This document shows, one piece after another, positions 51,405-60,886 of a stretch of 64,000 nucleotides of DNA. Position 1 is the first letter of the stretch; every line of letters begins with the position of its first letter. Origin of the DNA: a virus (lineage: Duplodnaviria; Caudoviricetes); IMG/VR virus record IMGVR_UViG_3300010162_000373, positions 68,865 through 132,864 of that record; one strand, given 5' to 3'. A program made the translations under genes and the position numbers. A model generated the notes under the pieces. That model ran no database searches. It was not told the origin of the DNA and saw only the letters and a program-made list of their open reading frames with translations.

Positions 51405-51494
51405 ATGTCAAAATTACTAGAGACCATTTTTGTTGCAGGGCCATTTGTAGGAATACTGCTCGGCATACTTTTTAAATTCTGGGCAACAAACTAA
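51405..51494 (+). CDS. 29-aa hydrophobic peptide (not in ORF track)
   Basis: AAAGGAG SD, MSKLLETIFVAGPFVGILLGILFKFWATN, terminator directly after the stop. Confidence 0.7.
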   Translation: MSKLLETIFVAGPFVGILLGILFKFWATN

Positions 51495-51530
51495 AAAAAA
51501 ATGACCCTCATTATAGGGGGTCATTTTTTT
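51493..51530. terminator. Bidirectional intrinsic terminator
   Basis: A-run ATGACCCTC-attata-GGGGGTCAT T-run. Confidence 0.85.
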
Positions 51531-51539
51531 AGCATTGTT

Positions 51540-53528
51540 TTATAAAATAGAAGATCCTGGAGTAGCGTTTATCATGTGAGGCGGTAAAAATCTTTGATTT
51601 TCCCGCTGCACTCGCTGCATCCCTTCATTTAATTGCTGCTGCCGACGCTGCCCTTCTGGTGTTTGCTGAAAGTCTTGTAAAATACGATAGGCCTCAGCCG
51701 CAGTAGCTGCAGGCGCTTGTAATCTTACACCCGTCGCAAGATTCTTACCGTTATGCGCCTCCCATAATTCCCTAAAACGCCTATAGTCTTCAACATTCAT
51801 GGAATTAACGTAGTCGTTAACACTTTGAGACGTTCCGGGCATCCAATAATTTCGCGAAATTAATGTATTTAAAAACCCTCTTATACCATTCGCATTTACG
51901 TGTGGATTATAATTTTGCACAGCATAGGTCAAAGCATCATTCGCAAAAGCCTCCTCACCTTTCATATCCGCAACAAAGCTTCCAACGTCCGCACCTAATA
52001 ACGCCCAACCAACACCAGGTATAAAACGAGTACCCACTTTACCTGCTAGGGTTTTGGGCGTCATGCTAGCTGTCATGCTAGCGGCCCTATCCGCCATAGC
52101 TTGTGTTGCTCTTGGTGCCACCAAATTACCCACCGGCCTCACTCCATAGTTACCTATTGCTTTTATTGTTGACGGAGCAGTCATGGCTGTTTGAGTAGCA
52201 TTGTACACATTTCCATAAGTACCATGAGCTAATATATCTAACGCGCGATCTGGCCCCATTCCAATACCCAGCCCAGTACTAACCCGCGAAGGATCTACAG
52301 TTAAATTATCTCCAGTAAATGCTTGTCCAATAGGTCTTTCATGCCAATAAACTCCATTAATCCCGCGCTCGTCATGATCAAAACCTCTATACCTCAGACT
52401 GTCAGACACAGTAGAAGGGGCAATTACTGGATTTTTTCCGGCTTCAATATCGCCCAGCACAGAATGAACCCTTCGCCAAGGAGAATTTGGATTATCAATA
52501 TGGTGCTGCCGCCACTGCGCCGGCGACGCATCATAATCAAACCCTTCCGGTAACGATAGGTTATCTAGATAATGCGACTGCGCTGCAGCTAAATCATGCC
52601 CTTGCCAGCCAGGATTTTGGCTTACATGATTATTCCAATCCTCATCAGTCCAATTAAAACTAAAGTCTTCGGGTAAAGCTGCATTCTCTGGAACCTGCGG
52701 AGCTTTCGGCGGCGTAGGCGCTTGAGGTTGCTGTGTACTACCTAATAAATGACCACCTAAGACACCTAGCCCGGCACCAGCTACTCCGCCCAACATCGCA
52801 CGTCTTCGCCGCTCTCGCTCTTTTTCAACTTCACTCTCACTATTACCGCCACCACTAAAATAACCTGCTGCACCACCAGCTAAACCACCAAGACCGGCAC
52901 CTATTGCATAATTCTGCCAGTTAGCTCGCTTCATGCCCATCAAACCACGAAGATTATTCCTAGTTGCCGCTGTAGCTCTTCTAAGTCTACGAGATTTATA
53001 CTCTTCATCACTTTCTCTCTTACCTTGAGTAGACTCTCCACCAGTAATGTCAGAACTATAAATATCAGCTACGTCACCTAGTAACCTGCCCAACGTTCTA
53101 GCTGTTTTTATGCCACCTTGCTTCATATTACTTAATCCGTGCCCAATCCCGACGCCAATGCCCATACCACCAATTGCACCAATAGCTGACGGCAAAATCA
53201 TGCGACTATTCTGTTCTCGCTGAATATCCCCCCATTCAGGCGTAGCTGCAACTTCTTCCACTGTTATATTAGGATTCCGCCTACGATGTTGCTGCATTAA
53301 AGCAGCACGACGAGCATCAAGATCACCGCTATTCATATAACGATATAACCCGTAGCCTTTACCCGCTAGGCCGCCAATCGTTCCAAGAGTAGCTAAGCCA
53401 GTAGCTGCGCCTCGGCCTAGCGTATTTTTAGCTACAGACGTTGCCCCTATGCCGGTTCCAATAAGAGCTGCCGGCGTTATCACTTGAGACAACGGAATAC
53501 TTGGAAGACCAGATAAAGATGGTTGCAT
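51540..53528 (-). CDS. Large multi-glycine-zipper putative internal head/ejection protein
   Basis: Several Gly-zipper pairs with Arg-run linkers, internal KTA and KRA motifs. Confidence 0.75.
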   Translation of the reverse strand: MQPSLSGLPSIPLSQVITPAALIGTGIGATSVAKNTLGRGAATGLATLGTIGGLAGKGYGLYRYMNSGDLDARRAALMQQHRRRNPNITVEEVAATPEWGDIQREQNSRMILPSAIGAIGGMGIGVGIGHGLSNMKQGGIKTARTLGRLLGDVADIYSSDITGGESTQGKRESDEEYKSRRLRRATAATRNNLRGLMGMKRANWQNYAIGAGLGGLAGGAAGYFSGGGNSESEVEKERERRRRAMLGGVAGAGLGVLGGHLLGSTQQPQAPTPPKAPQVPENAALPEDFSFNWTDEDWNNHVSQNPGWQGHDLAAAQSHYLDNLSLPEGFDYDASPAQWRQHHIDNPNSPWRRVHSVLGDIEAGKNPVIAPSTVSDSLRYRGFDHDERGINGVYWHERPIGQAFTGDNLTVDPSRVSTGLGIGMGPDRALDILAHGTYGNVYNATQTAMTAPSTIKAIGNYGVRPVGNLVAPRATQAMADRAASMTASMTPKTLAGKVGTRFIPGVGWALLGADVGSFVADMKGEEAFANDALTYAVQNYNPHVNANGIRGFLNTLISRNYWMPGTSQSVNDYVNSMNVEDYRRFRELWEAHNGKNLATGVRLQAPAATAAEAYRILQDFQQTPEGQRRQQQLNEGMQRVQRENQRFLPPHMINATPGSSIL

Positions 53529-54160
53529 TAGGCAAAGGCAGTTGCATTGGGACTAAATCTAGGATTTGATACTGGGCGAGTATTTAACGCCCACGGCTGG
53601 TCAGCCTGAGACGCTTGCTGCGGGTTAGCTAAATTATTGAATTGCTGCCCAAGCCATCCGCCAACATTCCTAGGAGCATTTAAGGTATTAGAGATTCCTT
53701 CTCCCATTTGCTCTGGTGACCAACCAGTTAAACGAGAAGCATTATCAATCATACCGCGGGCTCTAGCTATGTCTGGATCGTTGTGTAGCTGCCCGTAAGC
53801 TGTTGCTTTATCCATAAACCCTGGTTGCCAAGCTTCACCACCAGTGCCCGCTTCATTACTTCTGGGCGAATACTGGTTACCAAAACCTAACCAATTGCCC
53901 CAGCCATTTTGACCTTCACCGCCACCAAAAGTATAGCCGCCTAAACCACCAACACCAGCACCAGCTAATGCGCCCATCAAAGGATTCATTCCAGCCATAC
54001 CAGCACCTAAGCCACCTATACCTGCGCCTATGCCGCCACCAATTACAGCCCGCCGACCATCATCGCCAAGACCTTCCCATAGCTGGCCCAGTTGATCCAT
54101 AATAGCAACCTTTTCCGCAGCTTCTTTAAGCAAGCTATATTGAAATGATTTATATCGCAT
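53528..54160 (-). CDS. Glycine-zipper putative internal head protein
   Basis: Leader ending KEAAEKVA; GGGIGAGIGGLG...GALAGAGVGGLGG. Confidence 0.75.
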   Translation of the reverse strand: MRYKSFQYSLLKEAAEKVAIMDQLGQLWEGLGDDGRRAVIGGGIGAGIGGLGAGMAGMNPLMGALAGAGVGGLGGYTFGGGEGQNGWGNWLGFGNQYSPRSNEAGTGGEAWQPGFMDKATAYGQLHNDPDIARARGMIDNASRLTGWSPEQMGEGISNTLNAPRNVGGWLGQQFNNLANPQQASQADQPWALNTRPVSNPRFSPNATAFA

Positions 54161-54174
54161 AGTAATTATTTATT

Positions 54175-54209
54175 AAAAAAAGGCGCCGTCACGTAATACG
54201 ACGTCGCCT
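54175..54209 (-). terminator. Intrinsic terminator ending the capsid operon
   Basis: AGGCG...CGCCT imperfect stem followed by a T-run on the minus strand. Confidence 0.6.
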
Positions 54210-54238
54210 CATAACAATCAAAATTTAATTTTTAGTTT

Positions 54239-54661
54239 TTATTTTTTTGTTGCCGCATCGCCGTCTGCCTTTTTTTTAGCTGCAGCTTGCTTATATGCCT
54301 GGAAAGCTTGGAACTCAGCCCATTGCTCAGGCGTTACCTGCGGTGCAGCAGTTTTAACCTCCTCAGCTTTCTTAGCTTCAGCTTGTTTCTCGCGCGAGGC
54401 TCTTAGATATTCTATGGCCGCAGCTTGCTTTTCTCGTGCAACGGTACTCGGCTGTGCAACAATGTCATCAATTATCTTAGCAACCTTCTCGTGAGCTTCT
54501 TTAGCAAAGAAAGTCTCCATAACCTGTTTAGGCTCATGACCAAGCGCAAGCGCATCGGCCACCTTAACAAGAGCTTGTCCGCCAGCAATATCGCCAGATT
54601 CGGCAAGTTTAATGCCCGCTCGCGCGATTCTCAAGCATGCAGTTTTTAGTTCAGTATTCAT
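54239..54661 (-). CDS. K-x-A-rich small head protein
   Basis: 140 aa with about ten KxA motifs. Confidence 0.75.
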   Translation of the reverse strand: MNTELKTACLRIARAGIKLAESGDIAGGQALVKVADALALGHEPKQVMETFFAKEAHEKVAKIIDDIVAQPSTVAREKQAAAIEYLRASREKQAEAKKAEEVKTAAPQVTPEQWAEFQAFQAYKQAAAKKKADGDAATKK

Positions 54662-54707
54662 GATATATTCGTGTGGGACTAAGCCCAGTAAAAGTTAAGT
54701 TTATTCT

Positions 54708-55040
54708 TTATAGTACCACAAGCCGACAATTCGGAAGCATGTTACCGTTAGTATCTACAACTGGGACAGTTGTGTTAGTTCCTTCGTTAGGCCCGTTTGG
54801 TCTGCTTAGGACTTCTAGTTGACCTCGTGCAATAGTTTTAGCTAGGTTAATGATACTCTTTCTACCATCATACCTGCCCATGTGATTAGCTACAAGTAGC
54901 GGGTCACCGATAAACACCATTGTTTCATTAGGTTTAAAAAGCAAACCATGACGTCCCAACCAAGGTACATCTAGCGGAGTATTCGCCGTGTTCCGTATAA
55001 TTGTCGCATAGCTATGCGGCCAGTTCATTGTAATAGCCAT
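54708..55040 (-). CDS. Hypothetical head-associated protein
   Basis: Directly downstream of the capsid gene. Confidence 0.7.
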   Translation of the reverse strand: MAITMNWPHSYATIIRNTANTPLDVPWLGRHGLLFKPNETMVFIGDPLLVANHMGRYDGRKSIINLAKTIARGQLEVLSRPNGPNEGTNTTVPVVDTNGNMLPNCRLVVL

Positions 55041-55088
55041 AGTTCTATGTGTTAGCCCGGTGATTAGCCGGGCGGTTAATGTTTAAAT

Positions 55089-56057
55089 TTATGGGTTGAG
55101 TCCGAGCAAGTCAGTTCGGATAACATTACGTTGGTTAACAATCAACATACCGTAATTAGCAAGCGCAACAAACTCGATCATATTGAGCTTGGACTCGATG
55201 TACATGGTAAGTTCTTGCAAATGGCTGCAACGAATGTAGTATTTCTCGTCGGTGAAGCCCCAGATAGTTCCAGTGGGAACCATGAGAGTATTCATCGTGA
55301 TATACCATCTCATTCCACCCCATCCATCTTCTGTAACCCCTTCTTTCAACATCGACTGTGCGATGTCACCGCCAGATTCCTCACGACCAAACTTAGCTGG
55401 CTCAAGAGCGGTAATGACGTTAGTGAGAAGTTGCTTAACTTCAAACCCTCTATCCCCTTGAACTCGAAGCATTTGAGCTTTGATGTTCGGAATAGTTTCT
55501 CGGCCGAGACCACCAGTTGACTGCACCCACTGAGGAGCATTTGCCCAAACAGGAGTAGAGTTAGGCGCGCCCAAACAAAGTTGGTTAGCATTAAGCCAAT
55601 CCATGTTCAGAGTAAGTGCCATATCTCTTACAATGTTATCCGCAAACAATTTACGAATATCGTAGGAGTAGGTTCTCATTTCGTTCGTATCTTTGAGCAT
55701 ACGAGGAGTGAAGATCTGGTAGAACTTCATCGCACCTCGCCTACCGGCAAAGATGTAGTTGTGCGGGTTCGCATAAAGTCCAACATTGATAGATGCTGGG
55801 CTGTCAACTTCATAATCGAAGTAGCGAATGTTTTCTTCAGTTTCAAGCTGCGGAATCAGCTGGTCATTCGTAGTCGTCGTCCACGTAAACATGGACAAGG
55901 GCATTGCTTTTTCCCTAATACGCTCTTTAATGACTTCATTACCAATCTCAGCAGCCTTTTCCCTATCTTCATGCGAAGACGAGGTGGCAAGTTTTACAAA
56001 ATTTTGAGAAGCAATTTTGTCCTGCTCTAGTTCTTGTTCGTATGATGTAATACTCAT
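55089..56057 (-). CDS. Major capsid protein (probable HK97 fold)
   Basis: 322 aa after protease/scaffold/decoration; helix YDIRKLFADNIVRDM, TLMVPTGTIWGF, NYGMLIVN..V.R end. Confidence 0.78.
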   Translation of the reverse strand: MSITSYEQELEQDKIASQNFVKLATSSSHEDREKAAEIGNEVIKERIREKAMPLSMFTWTTTTNDQLIPQLETEENIRYFDYEVDSPASINVGLYANPHNYIFAGRRGAMKFYQIFTPRMLKDTNEMRTYSYDIRKLFADNIVRDMALTLNMDWLNANQLCLGAPNSTPVWANAPQWVQSTGGLGRETIPNIKAQMLRVQGDRGFEVKQLLTNVITALEPAKFGREESGGDIAQSMLKEGVTEDGWGGMRWYITMNTLMVPTGTIWGFTDEKYYIRCSHLQELTMYIESKLNMIEFVALANYGMLIVNQRNVIRTDLLGLNP

Positions 56058-56096
56058 ATTTATTGTTCGTTGGCATTGAGCCAGTAAAGGTTAAAG

Positions 56097-56792
56097 TTAG
56101 TTACTCACAGCACCACAAGGAAGTGGACAGCCCCAGAAAGATACTGCTGGCTGATTCTTACCTGTTACCGAAACCATTGGGTTCGGAGTAGGTTTTTGCA
56201 TCGTGGTTGGGTAGTTAGTGTCAGCGAACTGATTATAGCCCCATTGACGGCCTCGACCCCAAGGACGAGAAACAAAACCAATGCACATTTCAGTGTCTTC
56301 GGTAAGCGGCACGATCATACCAACTTCATCGCTTGCAGCAAATGCAGCTGTCGCCTTACTGGTCAAAGCTGTGTTATACGGATATTCCTCTTCTGGGTCG
56401 CATTCCGTTGACATAAACTCATAACCTGTGCACATTGGAATGGCCATCAAGTTCGGAGCTGGTTGCGGAATCGCACTCATATAAGGCGCTTCAGAAAGCG
56501 GTGTTCCAGAATTTGCCGCGTAAGTAATTGGAACGGTTGCGATATTTGCACCGCCCTCATTCAAGAGCAATGGCATTGCAAACTTACCAACTGCGTTTAC
56601 TGGGCAGACAGGATCGTACACGCCATCTTCAGTGAGATAAACAATACGACCATTTGGAATACCGGCGTAAATATTTTTGATAGGAGCGTGATACTGCGTT
56701 TGGTAAGTTGAAGTAGGTGTTAAACCACTAATAACTGTACCCTGGCAGCCTTTGATCCCTTTGTAGTGACTAGCAAAATTAATAGCACTCAT
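56097..56792 (-). CDS. Putative capsid decoration/cement protein
   Basis: Immediately upstream of the capsid gene; GYEFMSTE....YPYNTALT, IGFVS. Confidence 0.6.
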   Translation of the reverse strand: MSAINFASHYKGIKGCQGTVISGLTPTSTYQTQYHAPIKNIYAGIPNGRIVYLTEDGVYDPVCPVNAVGKFAMPLLLNEGGANIATVPITYAANSGTPLSEAPYMSAIPQPAPNLMAIPMCTGYEFMSTECDPEEEYPYNTALTSKATAAFAASDEVGMIVPLTEDTEMCIGFVSRPWGRGRQWGYNQFADTNYPTTMQKPTPNPMVSVTGKNQPAVSFWGCPLPCGAVSN

Positions 56793-56843
56793 AGTTTTAT
56801 GTAATTTAGTGAGCGTTACTCACGGGTTAAAGTTAATTGTTAA

Positions 56844-57275
56844 TTAGACGTTAAGAAGACGTTCAGTAAATTTACGCATCGCGGCGGAACCTTCAGCCCC
56901 ATCACTTCTACTACCATTTTGAACTGTTGCCGTTTTCTCAGCAACACCTAATGTACCAATTGTTGGCGTAAGCTTGTCGTGCGCAGTCTTCAGTGCCACA
57001 TACTCATTCAATACGTTATTGAGCAACGTAATTGTCTTTTCGTGATCACTTAAAAACTCAGCAGCATGTTTACTAAAACCATCTGGTACAAATGGCTGCC
57101 CATTTACCTTTTCAAGCGACTCAAGCCTGGTCACCATACTAGGAACTAGGCTCGCACATTTCTGCTGCCTAGCGTTCATATCATTTACGATGCCGTAAGC
57201 CTGTCTGACAATGTCACTTGTCTCTTTACTATACTCAGCAGCGTCTTTAACAAATTGAGTTAATTCAGTTTTCAT
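56844..57275 (-). CDS. K-x-A-rich scaffold-like protein
   Basis: Helical 143 aa, KDA/KCA/KHA/KTA. Confidence 0.68.
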   Translation of the reverse strand: MKTELTQFVKDAAEYSKETSDIVRQAYGIVNDMNARQQKCASLVPSMVTRLESLEKVNGQPFVPDGFSKHAAEFLSDHEKTITLLNNVLNEYVALKTAHDKLTPTIGTLGVAEKTATVQNGSRSDGAEGSAAMRKFTERLLNV

Positions 57276-57280
57276 AATTA

Positions 57281-57775
57281 TTATCTAATTAGACTATCGA
57301 TTGATTGACCGTACCGCTTTGCTTTTTTGCCCTGTTCCGCGTTTTTAGCTTGCAACATTGCTTGTTTAAGTTCACCTGTCTCGTCTTTAGCTAATCGATA
57401 CTCGGGAATACTCATGCCGTAATAGGCGGCTTCTTTATATTCATCCTCATTTGCGGCCTGGGCAAGTAGCATCATTGCAGCTAGCTCGTCCTCACCAAAA
57501 TCGGGTTCATATGTTTCACCACATAACCCTAAATCAACATCCCCACCATATTCATCACTTAATGACTGTTCAACCCCACAGCAACCTGGCTGGGCGCCAA
57601 TATCATCACTGATTATGGCTTCCATTAAAATAGCGGCCTCTTCATCACTAAGTGATTCAATAATTGCTGCTAACTCAGCTAACTCGTTACTCCCTGAATT
57701 ATCGCTGCACCCACTTAAGCTCATCCCAAAAGAATCACCTGGGGGCGGATCATTCATATTAGCCTCTTTCGCCAT
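57281..57775 (-). CDS. Acidic scaffold-like protein
   Basis: Asp/Glu-rich, KEA/KQA motifs. Confidence 0.65.
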   Translation of the reverse strand: MAKEANMNDPPPGDSFGMSLSGCSDNSGSNELAELAAIIESLSDEEAAILMEAIISDDIGAQPGCCGVEQSLSDEYGGDVDLGLCGETYEPDFGEDELAAMMLLAQAANEDEYKEAAYYGMSIPEYRLAKDETGELKQAMLQAKNAEQGKKAKRYGQSIDSLIR

Positions 57776-57792
57776 TTGTTTGGCGAGCTTCT

Positions 57793-58890
57793 TTATTTTT
57801 TTTTTTCGCTACCAGTAGCCAATTCAGCCAACTTGGTCAACTTCTCAATTTGCTCAGCAGAGAAAGATGCTAGCTTATTAAGAAGTGCGTCCTTATGTTC
57901 GCGATCATTAGTTACTTCTTGCGCTTCTTTAGTTAAATCTTTTTCAAGCAATGCTTGCGCCATTTTCATTTCTTCCGGCGCGAGTGGTGGTTCAAGGGCC
58001 ATTGCTGGATCCATCATAGCTGCTTCTTCAGCCATCGCTGCTTCAAGCATAGGATCGCCAACACCCATTGCAGGGTCACCTAACATCGGATCAGCAGCTA
58101 AACCAGGGTCGCCTAGAAGAGCTTCCTCTTCAGGACTTGCACCAAGAATTGCTTGTATTTGAGCAACTTCTTCAGGCGAAAGCGGATCTTCACTTAACTG
58201 TGTTTCAATAATGGCTTCAACCAGTGCTGCATCTTCTGGAGCTAGCTCGCCTTCTGGTGACCCGCCAGCAGCTAATTCTTCTTCTGCTATAGGTTGACCA
58301 GGCGCTGCCATTGCCGCCATCGCAGCTTCAGGCTCCATAACGGGTGCATCTGCAGCAACTGCGGCCTCATCAACAACACCTTCCGCAAACTTTGCCATCG
58401 CAGCAATTTTGGTTACAAAAGATTTTTGTGTTGCAGCAAATTTCTTTGCCTGTGCAATAAATGCTGCGCCTTGTTTATAATCGGTCGATCCGGTAATGCT
58501 CAAATCTGAATCAGGAGTAGCTCCGTCAGAATAACCTGGCTCATCTTGTGTCATAGATGCGTCTTCAGTTCCCCAACCCTTTTCACCCAATAAAGCATTT
58601 TCAAACGTCGGAGATTCACCAGAAGGAGTAGTGGCATCTGGAAGCATACCGTCTGCAATAGGATTTCCGCCCTCACTTGGAACCATTTGCTTATCTTGAC
58701 CTAGGCCGGGAACAGACTCTTCATTAAAGAGAGCTTCTGCGTCAGTATCAATACCGTCCGTTTCGTTTTGCAATTTAGAATCTACACCTTCCTGCGCTTC
58801 ATTAGCTTTTTTCTTACGTGTAGATGCAACTTTGACACCATAACCCTCTAAGATGCGAGTAAGTGTCGGAGAAAGAATACTTGTGCTCAT
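57793..58890 (-). CDS. Putative capsid scaffolding protein
   Basis: Acidic low-complexity protein after the protease gene, with acidic blocks bounded by KxA clusters. Confidence 0.68.
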   Translation of the reverse strand: MSTSILSPTLTRILEGYGVKVASTRKKKANEAQEGVDSKLQNETDGIDTDAEALFNEESVPGLGQDKQMVPSEGGNPIADGMLPDATTPSGESPTFENALLGEKGWGTEDASMTQDEPGYSDGATPDSDLSITGSTDYKQGAAFIAQAKKFAATQKSFVTKIAAMAKFAEGVVDEAAVAADAPVMEPEAAMAAMAAPGQPIAEEELAAGGSPEGELAPEDAALVEAIIETQLSEDPLSPEEVAQIQAILGASPEEEALLGDPGLAADPMLGDPAMGVGDPMLEAAMAEEAAMMDPAMALEPPLAPEEMKMAQALLEKDLTKEAQEVTNDREHKDALLNKLASFSAEQIEKLTKLAELATGSEKKK

Positions 58891-58942
58891 AGTTTACTTG
58901 GGCTTTTACGCCTTTGAATTTAAATATAACATACTAAAAAGT

Positions 58943-60406
58943 TTAAACAAAGCCAGCTGCCATGTTCTGAATTACGGCTGTGACATAATGCTCATCTTCT
59001 TTTAAACGCGTCATAGCAGCTACCTTGTATAAACAATATTCAACAGCTGCCTTATAGTCTTCTTCAGTAATTGCTACCCCTGCTATTTTAGCGCGCTTTA
59101 CATCAGCCACCAAACCATCCACTGCTCTTTTTTGCTCAGCTACTTTATTGTAAAGATTGCCATAAGTGAACAAATGATAATGCGCTGGCATAGAACGCTG
59201 CCTACTGCACGCATATTTATTACACTCATGTAGCAGCTGATCTCTACTATCAACAGCTTGATTTAATAAACCAAACATATTTTCTAGGGCGCGACCATAT
59301 GCGACTGAGACCTTATACCCAGCATACTTAGCAAACTGCTTGGGAGATAAAACCATATTAAAATCAGCTAGATGCATTAAATGCGCACACTTTGTTTTAT
59401 CATCAGATAAGCGGGCAAATTTCTCTAGAGCTGGACTCAAGCTATCATTCGCAATAAATCCATTTACCTTAATTAATAAATCTAGATTATTGCCTGACCG
59501 AGCCGGAGCCAAACTGCTTTCGATAGACGCTAGCTTTAATAATGCCCATGAATATTTCTTTAATTCAGCTACTTTAATAATGAATTCATCTGGATTATCA
59601 TATAATCCTCGCGCGAGAGCTAGCTGTGCGCCGCCTAAAACTGTACCCGCTGCAGTCGCATATTTAGCTATAGCTCCGTAAGCTGTTCTATCAGCTGGAG
59701 TACTAACTCTAGAAATATCAATAAATCTACCACTTGGATTATCTACATACTGTACAAAGCCGTCCTCTGCTGTTTTACATAAGCCAGATTTACAGCCAAA
59801 TCGTTGTTTACCGTTTTTATCTATACATTCATGTTCTTCACAATATTGAGCTGCTGTCTTAGCCTTATTTCCACAAGACGAACAAACATCAATAGGAACT
59901 GAGCTACCCATGCTCCACGGCAACTCTTTTCCAGAATAAAGAGCGTCAATATCTTCTTTAGGTGCAATTTTACCGCCATTTTTATCAGCTGCCTCTTTGC
60001 TACCGTTTAATAGTACAAGAAGCTCAACTCTGGACATTTCATCATTCCATATAGACGCAGCTACTTTGCCGAAAGCTTTTTTAGGATCTTTATTCTCGTG
60101 GTGATAAAAGACCTTAGCTGACTTTACAAAAGAAGGGTGATCACGTTTCAACATCTCCTCTGTCCAGCCGTCACCGTTCCTGTTACATCCGTAGTTTTCT
60201 GTGCTGCCCATAGCTATAAGATGAATTGGAATTTCATCCTTTGCCAGTTTAATGCCGTCAAGAATATGCTTAAAACGATGCTCACCTGCCCGTTTAGTAA
60301 AAAAAGAATTACTATCGGACTGAGTAAGGCCTCTAGAAGAAACTGGAATTATTTCAGCTGTTTTTACGCCAAAATCCCAGCCACCAACGTCGATACATTT
60401 ATACAT
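58943..60406 (-). CDS. Prohead maturation protease
   Basis: NRNGDGW, FYHHENKDP..FG (His), WSMG (Ser) followed by CSSC, FIDISRV..PAD. Confidence 0.8.
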   Translation of the reverse strand: MYKCIDVGGWDFGVKTAEIIPVSSRGLTQSDSNSFFTKRAGEHRFKHILDGIKLAKDEIPIHLIAMGSTENYGCNRNGDGWTEEMLKRDHPSFVKSAKVFYHHENKDPKKAFGKVAASIWNDEMSRVELLVLLNGSKEAADKNGGKIAPKEDIDALYSGKELPWSMGSSVPIDVCSSCGNKAKTAAQYCEEHECIDKNGKQRFGCKSGLCKTAEDGFVQYVDNPSGRFIDISRVSTPADRTAYGAIAKYATAAGTVLGGAQLALARGLYDNPDEFIIKVAELKKYSWALLKLASIESSLAPARSGNNLDLLIKVNGFIANDSLSPALEKFARLSDDKTKCAHLMHLADFNMVLSPKQFAKYAGYKVSVAYGRALENMFGLLNQAVDSRDQLLHECNKYACSRQRSMPAHYHLFTYGNLYNKVAEQKRAVDGLVADVKRAKIAGVAITEEDYKAAVEYCLYKVAAMTRLKEDEHYVTAVIQNMAAGFV

Positions 60407-60420
60407 AACTTAATTGTAAC

Positions 60421-60666
60421 TTACTGAATAGGTCGCCCCGTAACGGCGCCGCGCATTGCCTGAAACGGGTGTCGATACGCCTGCCCCATAGATGCTCTCA
60501 GGCCATTAAGAAAAGTAGGGCTTTGAGCTGCGGCAGGAGCCGGTGCCGCTGGCATTTGTTGTAGCGTAGGTGCCGACCTATGTGCAGGTAAGGTTCTAAG
60601 CTCCCGCTGTAAGTCTCGCTGTGTAGTGGTAGCTAATTTAGCTAAATAAGCTTGCCCGATGGTCAT
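60421..60666 (-). CDS. Small protein with K-x-A leader
   Basis: MTIGQAYLAKLA resembles MKIIGEAYLEKVA. Confidence 0.65.
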   Translation of the reverse strand: MTIGQAYLAKLATTTQRDLQRELRTLPAHRSAPTLQQMPAAPAPAAAQSPTFLNGLRASMGQAYRHPFQAMRGAVTGRPIQ

Positions 60667-60720
60667 ATTAGTTATAGTTGAAAAACTTTTTCTTTTTATT
60701 ATACGCTACAACTTAGACCT

Positions 60721-60757
60721 AAAAAAAAGGAAGTGGCTACTAAACCGGCTTCCTTTT
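60721..60757 (-). terminator. Intrinsic terminator
   Basis: AAAAGGAAG...CTTCCTTTTTTTT on the minus strand. Confidence 0.7.
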
Positions 60758-60886
60758 CCAGTACGCAGCTACCGCAAAATAGTAAAGCTCCGCGCCTGGT
60801 TCCGTGCATACCAGAATACACACGATTGAAACTATTACGAAAAGTAACAGCCAAATCAAACATTTTGTAAACTTGGAGAACTTCAT
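60740..60886 (-). CDS. 48-aa membrane peptide (not in ORF track)
   Basis: GGAGGTG SD, MKFSKFTKCLIWLLLFVIVSIVCILVCTEPGAELYYFAVAAYWKRKPV, stop inside the terminator loop. Confidence 0.72.
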   Translation of the reverse strand: MKFSKFTKCLIWLLLFVIVSIVCILVCTEPGAELYYFAVAAYWKRKPV

